DNA of 64,000 nucleotides from Lineus longissimus (Eukaryota): NCBI RefSeq assembly GCF_910592395.1, contig NC_088308.1, positions 806,001 to 870,000 of the forward strand, read 5' to 3'. Shown piece by piece: positions 49,580 to 61,074 of this stretch (position 1 is its first letter; each line of letters starts with the position of its first letter). The notes under the pieces were generated by a model. It saw only the letters and a program-made list of their open reading frames with translations, ran no database searches and was not told where the DNA came from. The position numbers and the translations under genes were made by a program.

Positions 49580-50769
49580 ATGAAGAGTACCCTTGTCATC
49601 GTGGTGTTGGCGACTTGCGCCAGTCTCTGGATGGTTCATGCCGGGCCGGTATTTATCGACGATGGATGTATGTATACGTATGATTTCAAATCCTTAGTGT
49701 TATTTTGGACACCATCACTCCTCCTGATCCCTCCACCGTCAGAGGACAGAAGTCCTCCCGACGATTATCATTTTCGTTCATTACAGCTTTGAGCTGTATT
49801 CGAGATATATGAAGTTTTTCGCTGTTTTCGAAAATTTATGAGGGCTTATTCCATACCAAAATGTCATTTACATGTTCAACCATTTGGAAGTATCGCCGCG
49901 CAGAGAATTGTATACAATTCCCTTGTCTAATCTCATATGCAGCCAACGTGCAAGCAAGAAGTAGTGACCCCGTCATTGGGAATTCGAAGAAACCATCAGA
50001 TACCAATGTGCCCGAACCGGCGTAAGTCACTTTTTTCACATGTTTATTCTGAAAAATCATCCAACACATTTCAAGACGGGAGATTCAAAATACGATAATA
50101 CTTTTGGTAAATCGGAATGACCGGAGATACATGTAAATGTACATAAACCGAAACTTTATGGAGGTGTTCCATCGGCTTCCCGCCTCGCGTCCGTCACGTT
50201 CCTGCATGCTTCCCGTCAAAGCCTCCACGGACGTTTCTCGTTACCGTCTTGTCACGTATAAAACATCGTTATTCCCGTCACGTTACGCCAACGTGTTGTC
50301 ATTCTCTTCCGTTTAAAAAACGGTTGATATGAGGTTAATCCCAACCAGAGATGTAGAAAAATTGTTTTATATCTGGTGTGACATACACAGCGCAATGTGT
50401 AAATCCCGTTTGAACCCTATCCGACGCACGGCTATGTCCGCTGGCTAGTATCACTCTAAGCTATCATCATTCGTGGAGAAGGTTGAAAAGTAGTGCAAAT
50501 ACTAAGGTTGTTTACGCGATATTAGACCCAACCCAACCAAACCAGACCAGATCAAACCAGATCACCTTCGTGCGCGTTTACACGGCAGAACAATCTAGAA
50601 CGATCCGAATCGATAGATTGGTTTAGTCCCGCGTAAGCGGGCGGCCCTGTCGAAAAACGCAATTTCTTGTTTTGTCCAGTTGTTAAAGTCACTTCGTCTT
50701 TTTTTCCACAGGAAAACTATAATATTTGGTAGGAATTACCCCCGACGAGGTGTATTTTCAAGACCTTGA
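49580..50769 (+). CDS. Secreted peptide precursor copy 4, 74 aa; exons 49580-49667, 49943-50021, 50712-50769; ends GNSKKPSDTNVPEPA-KTIIFGRNYPRRGVFSRP
   Basis: Same splice sites; a 1-nt deletion after CCT creates TGA. Confidence 0.78.
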
Positions 50770-53700
50770 TGAAATAGTGAGTAATTTCATGTTACGCTGA
50801 ATCCTGGCAAGGTAATTTTTAAAGTCAAGGTCAGAGCATGCCGATCTACCGGCGTTGTGCGTCCTGTGAAAAGGAGGAGACATAAGGATTATGTGGTTGG
50901 AGACTTCTAGCGGGTCATAAGCTTATTTGGTTCAACAATTTTAAAGATTTCGACTTGGGTCCTCGCTAAACTTTCAAACCCCACATGGACGTCAAGGAAC
51001 TTTTCCAAAACCGATATTTTTTTCCAAAGACCATATTTCATATACCCCAAAGCTAAACCTCGGCTATGGGCACATTGGGTGATATGAATAAAGACTAGCA
51101 AATGCTTCTACTTCAATTTTGTACAGAAAGACCTGGTGTATATGTACATGAAGTTTTAGATAAAAGCATTTGCTAGTCTTTATTCATATCACCCAATGTC
51201 TACAGCGCCCTTTGCCTATGCATCACAGTGCATTTGCAATGCATTTACTGTGCTTCATTGAGGATTTTGGGGCGGGATGTTGCACTAGTGACGGAAGGGC
51301 GAATAAGTCCGGCATAGCTGGTAATTGCCAAACTCTGAGGGAAGAAGCTGGAACACGCTTCAACGCTTCTCTTTATTCCCGACTGAATTTGACTGTGCAT
51401 TTGATGTCGAACACAAAAGAAAAAGAATGAAAATAAGCAGGATATGTCATCTATACTTAATGAAGTGACCCGAATACCAAGTGACTCTATGCCACATTAT
51501 TTGCTAGCGTATCATACGCACCTTGATTTGTTCAGGTATTTATGGCTAAGGAGGCAATGCGATCGTACAATATGAAATCTGATACGAGTAGTGTATTTTA
51601 CATCTGTCGCTTGGGACATGTAGAGTCTCTGCTTCTATCTTTCAGGTCATGAGTATCGGGTAGAGAAAATTCCCACAGCAAGCTGAGGACACGCGTCTCC
51701 TGGACTCCCAAATACTATATAACGGGCTTACACAGTATACATGTACATGCTTGTACACAATTGAATGCACTTATGCGTGTGTGTACTTGCATGTTCATGG
51801 TTATGTATTTGATTACAACATACCAATAAAGACCATTAAATTGAAAGGATTGTTTAGTGTTCATTATTCGTCGTGCTTAACCTGAATCGAAAACATGTTG
51901 CAATTACTATCAGAATCCAACTAAATGGAATGCCCTCGAATGCCTGTAGATTCATAAGGTCGGTGAATCTCAACTCTGAAATGTCTTACAGAAATGTATA
52001 GAGGCAATTTTTCCCTCTTTACTTGCACTCAGCATGGGCCAACCCAGCATGGGCCAACCCAGCGCTGTTCATGATCAAGATTTTAGGAAGTGGGAGTCTG
52101 AGCCTCGGTGAGCCGTGTCATGAGGCTGGATTTACATTCAATTCACGTTTGATATACGTTTCACATATGCCACCTGTAATTTACTAAGTCACCATGTCAT
52201 GACATGACGAGAGGATGGAAAGTGACAGCATCATGTAGACCTAAGCAGTGACGTGCTCTCCCGTTGATCAAACGGCGAGAGAACCCCGACCTCCCCTGCA
52301 TGCCCGCGCATCTATCGGAGGTCGCGACTATCGTCAGGTATGACAGGGAGGCTGGGGGCAATTTCCAGGCTGACATTGAATATATCCTCTGATGCAGATA
52401 CTTTCCTCGGCACTTTGCAGGGCAGCCTGCTCGGTCAGTTAAAGTCCTGCCTTGAATACACAAGAGTAGGTAAGTTCTCGGTCATTCTCTGGTTGGTTCC
52501 CACAACAGGGCACGTCATATTACGGGTCACTCAATTATCGACGAATTGGTCAAATCAGTAGAATGAATATGATAAGACTGAAGTCCATTCTTATCATTCC
52601 ACAAGTGAGGCGTTGACTTTAAAACTGACCTACCAAGCTAAATCAAGCATTTACGCGGTCGCTACAAGTGCAGAGGGTTAGAAGCGTCGATATCCACCAC
52701 GAAAATGTCAGTTGCGAACGAAGGTAGGTCTGCATCCGCACCCCGAGGGGAGCTCATCTCGCCGAGGGATCTAAATTCATAAAATGAACGTTTTCTAGTA
52801 ACTTCCTAAATTTGGCCGAACCATAATCAAGTTTCCTCAGCTAATGTAACGCCCCATTCCTCATTCACTACTTTCTTGAACCAGCAGTTTGAAAACTTCA
52901 TGTGGCGAGTCCAGCATTCAACAAGAGAAAACTTGATTCTGATTATCCATTCAATGATTCGCCAGATCCTCATTTGAATATTCTTGCATACGTCATGATT
53001 ACTTCGTTTCCCTCCGTAAAGGTCTTATTGCTTGGAACGACCATGGGTGGAATTCACCAAGGCATTTTAACGTGCGTGCAATTAAAGACCGATTATCTGA
53101 TACACGAAGGATAAAACAGTGTAGTATTCTACATCACATTAACCCCCTCTCCCCGCAGTTCCTCATCCGCCGATCATATCATACTTTGAAGGTAGTGATA
53201 GATTAGAAAAAAACACGATGAAAAAAACCTTTGGGAAGAGCGTCACATCACAGTGAATAAACAGCCCCTACGTCTAACCCACCGACCCATGAACTCCCTA
53301 CAGTGGACGTATATGTTCTCTTGTTTGTTTCTTGCCTCTCATCATTCTCGTTTTGTTTGTTTTTTTAGCGACGGACACGTGCCAATCGTAAAAAGCGAGG
53401 AGCGAGCAAGTGGAATAAAACCACTTATCCAAAAAAGGAGAGTCTTGATTTCCCTGTACCTGAACAGTCACATGATTAAACCCTAATTCAACCGAGTTTG
53501 TGTTGTTTTTCTTTTTGATATGATGATCGCCACTGGTTGGTGGTATAAAGGAACAAGACATAGACCATCTGATAGACCTCTGTGTCTGTGGATGACTTGG
53601 AAGCAGTTGGAGTCGCGTCCTATGCCCATCTGACGCCATTCCCCGCTCTTTACATGTGTTTTCCACACTGCGTGTGTCTCCATTGTTAAGGTCCACACCT

Positions 53701-54744
53701 GGTCAGCTGATTGAGATGAACTGAACGAACCTGTTCCTATCACTGCTGCTCTGCGGTAGATCTCAGAAAGCCTTTAAAACATATCGTTACTATCATCAGC
53801 TGGTCATACAATCGTTAGACCTACCCCCAATGTGATCAGTTCGTTCGCTTATACAACACCCCTGGGGTACTCTAGCCATCCACTGTAAGAATTGCATATC
53901 ATGCATACTTACACGGAATTGACTACGCAGGACAATTCCTGCCAGGAGCTCCGGCGATTATGATTGGGACATCCATTTGAATAGCATCTGTTCCCCGGAG
54001 TTTACACTTAAGGGCGGGTTTACACAGGATTCACGTTGTCACGTGTGGGGATAGTCACGTGTTACCTGTCACGAACATAGTCGTTAATTGACTTAGGCTG
54101 AAAACATGCCATAACAGGACCTGGGGAAAAAGTGGCATTGTAAATCATACGATTGGCCTGCTCTTCAGAAATGACTTGTTTGTTAAAATAATATTTACAC
54201 ATTACATGTAATAATCATTTTAACTCTACTCTATGTAAACCCAAAATAATTCTATGTAAACCCATCCTTGATTACATTTCTGGTAATAATAGTTACACTT
54301 GGATGTTTGTTTAACCAAAAGTGTATTCGGCTTGCTAATCCGCAGTCACCCTGCGTCATAATAAAGACGGCGATCTACATGTACATGTACAGGCCCGTCG
54401 CATCAGCGTTGTTTTTGTATTTTCGCCGTGCTGCGTAGTTACGCACTGGAGCGACAAAAGATGCAAGGGTGAAAAGTGACATCGTAAATCCTATGTCGCC
54501 CGCTATTAAGAATATTCTTAGCTTTACACAGTACAAAATGCACTCTCTGTTAACTCGACGGAGGATTTCAACAAATACCGGTATTGGGGGAGTGCTGCAC
54601 CTTTAGTGCAAATACCGTTGAATGACCGCCCATCAATAAGTCGATATTTGGGCCGATATATGGAAGTTTCAGGCAAAAGATTTCATCAGTTGCTGCTACA
54701 AAGTTGTCCAGTGTCTGTCTAGTATCTACCAATCACCGACGATG

Positions 54745-55918
54745 ATGAAGAGTACCCTTGTCATCGTGCTGTTGGCGACTTGCGCCAGTCTCTGGATGGT
54801 TCATGCCGGGCCGGTATTTATCGACGATGGATGTATGTACACGTATGATTTCAAATCCTTAGTGTTATTTTGGACACCATCACTCCTCCTGATCCCTCCA
54901 CCGTCAGAGGACAGAAGTCCTCCCGACCATTATCATTTTCGTTCATTACAGCTTTGAGCTGTATTCGAGATATATGAAGTTTTCGCTGTTTTCGAAAATT
55001 TATGAGGGCTTATTCCATACCAAAATGTCATTTACATGTTCAACCATTTGGAAGTATCGCCGCGCAGAGAATTGTATACAATTCCCTTGTCTAATCTCAT
55101 ATGCAGCCAACGTGCAAGCAAGAAGTAGTGACCCCGTCATTGGGAATTGGAAGAAACCATCAGATACCAATGTGCCCGAACCGGCGTAAGTCACTTTTTT
55201 CACATGTTTATTCTGAAAAATCATCCAACACATTTCAAGACGGGAGATTCAAAATACGATAATACTTTTGGTAAATCGGAATGACCGGAGATACATGTAA
55301 ATGTACATAAACCGAAACTTTATGGAGGTGTTCCATCGGCTTCCCGCCTCGCGTCCGTCACGTTCCTGCATGCTTCCCGTCAAAGCCTCCACGGACGTTT
55401 CTCGTTACCGTCTTGTCACGTATAAAACATCGTTATTCCCGTCACGTTACGCCAACGTGTTGTCATTCTCTTCCGTTTAAAAAAACGGTTGATATGAGGT
55501 TAATCCCAACCAGGGATGTAGAAAAATTGTTTTATATCTGGTGTGACATACACAGCGCAATGTGTAAATCCCGTTTGAACCCTATCCGACGCACGGCTAT
55601 GTCCGCTGGCTAGTATCACTCTAAGCTATCATCATTCGTGGAGAAGGTTGAAAAGTAGTGCAAATACTAAGGTTGTTTACGCGATATTAGACCCAACCCA
55701 ACCAAACCAGACCAGACCAGATCAAACCAGATCACCTTCGTGCGCGTTTACACGGCAGAACAATCTAGAACGATCCGAATCGATAGATCGGTTTAGTCCC
55801 GCGTAAGCGGGCGGCCCTGTCGAAAAACGCAATTTCTTGTTTTGTCCAGTTGTTAAAGTCACCTCGTCTTTTTTTCCACAGGAAAACTGAATTTGGTTGG
55901 TGGCTAGGTGGATTTTAA
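54745..55918 (+). CDS. Secreted peptide precursor copy 5, 67 aa (68 from the extra ATG at 54742); exons 54745-54832, 55107-55185, 55882-55918; ends GNWKKPSDTNVPEPA-KTEFGWWLGGF
   Basis: Same splice sites; 3-nt and 9-nt in-frame deletions and TAA in exon 3. Confidence 0.76.
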
Positions 55919-58900
55919 AGACCTATGATGAAATAGTGAGTAATTTCATGCTACGCTGAATCCTGGCAAGGTAATTTTTAAAGTCAAGGTCAGAGCATGC
56001 CGATCTACCGGCGTTGTGCGTCCTGTGAAAAGGAGGAGACTTAAGGATTATGTGGTTGGAGACTTCTAGCGGGTCATAAGCTTATTTGGTTAAACAATTT
56101 AAAGATTTCGACTTGGGTCCTCGCTAAACTTTCAAACCCCACATGGACGTCAAGGAACTTTTCCAAAACCGATATTTTTTTCCAAAGACCATATTTCATA
56201 TACCCCAAAGCTAAACCTCGGCTATGGGCACATTGGGTGATATGAATAAAGACTAGCAAATGCTTCTACTTCAATTTTGTACAGAAAGACCTGGTGTATA
56301 TGTACATGAAGTTTTAGATAAAAGCATTTGCTAGTCTTTATTCATATCACCCAATGTCTACAGCGCCCTTTGCCTATGCATCACAGTGCATTTGCAATGC
56401 ATTTACTGTGCTTCATTGAGGATTTTGGGGCGGGATGTTGCACTAGTGACGGAAGGGCCAATAAGTCCGGCATAGCTGGTAATTGCCAAACTCTGAAGGA
56501 AGAAGCTGGAACACGCTTCAACGCTTCTCTTTATTCCCCAGACTGAATTTGACTGTGCATTTGATGTCGAACACAAAAGAAGAAGAATGAAAATAAGCAG
56601 GATATGTCATCTATACTCAATGAAGTGACCCGAATACCAAGTGACTCTATGCCACATTATTTGCTAGCGTATCATACGCACCTTGATTTGTTCAGGTATT
56701 TATGGCTAAGGAGGCAATGCGATCGTACAATATGAAATCTGATACGAGTAGTGTATTTTACATCTGTCGCTTGGGACATGTAGAGTCTCTGCTTCTATCT
56801 TTCAGGTCATTAGTATCGGGTAGAGAAAATTCCCACAGCAAGCTGAGGACACGCGCCTCCTGGACTCCCAATACTCTATGACGGGCTTACACAGTTACAT
56901 GTACATGCTTGTACACAATTGAATGCACTTATGCGTGTGTGTACTTGCATGTACATGTTTATGTATTTGATTACAACATACCAATAAAGACCATTAAATT
57001 GAAAGGATTGTTTAGTGTTCATTATTCGTCGTACTTAACCTGAATCGAAAACATGTTGCAATTACTATCAGAATCCAACTAAATGGAATGCCCTCGAATG
57101 CCTGTAGATTCATAAGGTCGGTGAATCTCAACTCTGAAATGTCTTACAGAAATGTATAGAGGCAATTTTTCCCTCTTTACTTGCACTCAGCATGGGCCAA
57201 CCCAGCATGGGCCAACCCAGCGCTGTTCATGATCAGGATTTTAGGAAGTGGGAGTCTGAGCCTCGGTGAGCCGTATAATGAGGCTGGATTTACATTCAAT
57301 TCACGTTTGATATACGTTTCACATATGCCACCTGTAATTTACTAAGTCACCATGTCATGACATGACGAGAGGATGGAAGGTGACAGCATCATGTAGACCT
57401 AAGCAGTGACGTGCTCTCCCGTTGATCAAACGGCGAGAGAACCCCGACCTCCCCTGCATGCCCGCGCATCTATCGGAGGTCGCGACTATCGTCAGGTATG
57501 ACAGGGAGGCTGGGGGCAATTTCCAGGCTGACATTGAATATATCCTCTGATGCAGATACTTTCCTCGGCACTTTGCAGGGCAGCCTTAAAGTCCTGCCTT
57601 GAATACACAAGAGTAGGTAAGTTCTCGGTCATTCTCTGGTTGGTTCCCACAACAGGGCACGTCATATTACGGGTCACTCAATTATCGACGAATTTGTCAA
57701 ATCAGTAGAATGAATATGATAAGACTGAAGGCCAGTCTTATCATTCCACAAGTGAGGCGTAGACTTTAAAACTGACCTACCAAGCTAAATCAAGCATTTA
57801 CGCGGTCGCTACAAGTGCAGAGGGTTAGAAGCGTCGATATCCACCACGAAAATGTCAGTTGCGAACGAAGGTAGGTCTGCATCCGCACCCCGAGGGGAGC
57901 TCATCTCGCCGAGGGATCTAAATTCATAAAATGAACGTTTTCTGGCAACTTCCTAAATTTGGCCGACACATAATCAAGTTTCCTCAGCTAACGTAACTCC
58001 CCATTCCTCATTCACTACTTTCTTGAACCAGCAGTTTGAAAACTTCATGTGGCGAGTCGAGCATTCGACAAGAGAAAACTTGATTCTGATTATCCATTCA
58101 ATGATTCGCCAGATCCTCATTTGAATATTCTTGCATACGTCATGATTACTTCGTTTCCCTCCGTAAAGGTCTTATTGCTTGGAAAGACCATGGGTGGAAT
58201 TCACCAAGGCATTTTAACGTGCGTGCAATTAAAGACCGATTATCTGATACACGAAGGATAAAACAGTGTAGTATTCTACATCACATAAACCCCCTCTCCC
58301 CGCAGTTCCTTATCCGCCGATCATATCAAACTTTGAAGGTAGTGATAGATTAGAAAAAAACACGATGAAAAAAACCTTTGGGAAGAGCGTCACATCACAG
58401 TGAATAAACAGCCCCTACGTCTAACCCACCGACCCATGAACTCCCTACAGTGGACGTATATGTTCTCTTGTTTGTTTCTTGCCTCTCATCATTCTCGTTT
58501 TGTTTGTTTTTTTAGCGACGGACACGTGCCAATCGTAAAAAGCGAGGAGCGAGCAAGTGGAATAAAACCACTTATCCAAAAAAGGAGAGTCTTGATTTCC
58601 CTGTACCTGAACAGTCACATGATTAAACCCTAATTCAACCGAGTTTGTGTTGTTTTTCTTTTTGATATGATGATCGCCACTGGTTGGTGGTATAAAGGAA
58701 CAAGACATAGACCATCTGATAGACCTCTGTGTCTGTGGATGACTTGGAAGCAGTTGGAGTCGCGTCCTATGCCCATCTGACGCCATTCCCCGCTCTTTAC
58801 ATGTGTTTTCCACACTGCGTGTGTCTCCATTGTTAAGGTCCACACCTGGTCAGCTGATTGAGATGAACTGAACGAACCTGTTCCTATCACTGCTGCTCTG

Positions 58901-59891
58901 CGGTAGATCTTAGAAAGCCTTTAAAACATATCGTTACTATTATCAGCTGGTCATACAATCGTTAGACCTACCCCCAATGTGATCAGTTCGTTCGCTTATA
59001 AAACACCCCTGGGGTACTCTAGCCATCCACTGTAAGAATTGCATATCATGCATACTTACACGGAATTGACTACGCAGGACAATTCCTGCCAGGAGCTCCG
59101 GCGATTATGATTGGGACATCCATTTGAATAGCATCTGTTCCCCGGAGTTTACACTTAAGGGCGGGTTTACACAGGATTCACGTTGTCACGTGTCAGGATA
59201 GTCACGTGTTACCTGTCACGAACATAGTCGTTAATTGACTTAGGCTGAAAACATGTCATAACAGGACCTGGGGAAAAAGTGGCATTGTAAATCATACGAT
59301 TGGCCTGCTCTTCAGAAATGACTTGTTTGTTAAAATAATATTTACACATTACATGTAATAATCATTTTAACTCTACTCTATGTAAACCCAAAATAATTCT
59401 ATGTAAACCCATCCTTGATTACATTTCTGGTAATAATAGTTACACTTGGATGTTTGTTTAACCAAAAGTGTATTCGGCTTGCTAATCCGCAGTCACCCTG
59501 CGTCATAATAAAGACGGCGATCTACATGTACATGTACAGGCCCGTCGCATCAGCGTTGTTTTTGTATTTTCGCCGTGCTGCGTAGTTACGCACTGGAGCG
59601 ACAAAAGATGCAAGGGTGAAAAGTGACATCGTAAATCCTATGTCGCCCGCTATTAAGAATATTCTTAGCTTTACACAGTACAAAATGCACTCTCTGTTAA
59701 CTCGACGGAGGATTTCAACAAATACCGGTATTGGGGGAGTGCTGCACCTTTAGTGCAAATACCGTTGAATGACCGCCCATCAATAAGTCGATATTTGGGC
59801 CGATATATGGAAGTTTCAGGCAAAAGATTTCATCAGTTGCTGCTACAAAGTTGTCCAGTGTCTGTCTAGTATCTACCAATCACCGACGAAG

Positions 59892-61074
59892 ATGAAGAGT
59901 ACCCTTGTCATCGTGCTGTTGGCGACTTGCGCCAGTCTCTGGATGGTTCATGCCGGGCCGGTATTTATCGACGATGGATGTATGTACACGTATGATTTCA
60001 AATCCTTAGTGTTATTTTGGACACCATCACTCCTCCTGATCCCTCCACCGTCAGAGGACAGAAGTCCTCCCGACCATTATCATTTTCGTTCATTACAGCT
60101 TTGAGCTGTATTCGAGATATATGAAGTTTTCGCTGTTTTCGAAAATTTATGAGGGCTTATTCCATACCAAAATGTCATTTACATGTTCAACCATTTGGAA
60201 GTATCGCCGCGCAGAGAATTGTATACAATTCCCTTGTCTAATCTCATATGCAGCCAACGTGCAAGCAAGAAGTAGTGACCCCGTCATTGGGAATTGGAAG
60301 AAACCATCAGATACCAATGTGCCCGAACCGTAAGTCACTTTTTTCACATGTTTATTCTGAAAAATCATCCAACACATTTCAAGACGGGAGATTCAAAATA
60401 CGATAATACTTTTGGTAAATCGGAATGACCGGAGATACATGTAAATGTACATAAACCGAAACTTTATGGAGGTGTTCCATCGGCTTCCCGCCTCGCGTCC
60501 GTCACGTTCCTGCATGCTTCCCGTCAAAGCCTCCACGGACGTTTCTCGTTACCGTCTTGTCACGTATAAAACATCGTTATTCCCGTCACGTCACGCCAAC
60601 GTGTTGTCATTCTCTTCCGTTTAAAAAACGGTTGATATGAGGTTAATCCCAACCAGAGATGTAGAAAAATTGTTTTATATCTGGTGTGACATACACAGCG
60701 CAATGTGTAAATCCCGTTTGAACCCTATCCGACGCACGGCTATGTCCGCTGGCTAGTATCACTCTAAGCTATCATCATTCGTGGAGAAGGTTGAAAAGCA
60801 GTGCAAATACTAAGGTTGTTTACGCGATATTAGACCCAACCCAACCAAACCAGACCAGATCAGACCAGATCACCTTCGTGCGCGTTTACACGGCAGAACA
60901 ATCTAGAACGATCCGAATCGATAGATCGGTTTAGTCCCGCGTAAGCGGGCGGCCCTGTCGAAAAACGCAATTTCTTGTTTTGTCCAGTTGTTAAAGTCAC
61001 TTCGTCTTTTTTTCCACAGGAAAACTAAAATTGGTTGGTGGCTAGTTGTATTTTCAAGACCTATGCTGAAATAG
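59892..61074 (+). CDS. Secreted peptide precursor copy 6, 72 aa; exons 59892-59979, 60254-60329, 61020-61073(+G); ends GNWKKPSDTNVPEP-KTKIGWWLVVFSRPMLK
   Basis: Same splice sites; in-frame deletions in exon 3. Confidence 0.8.
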
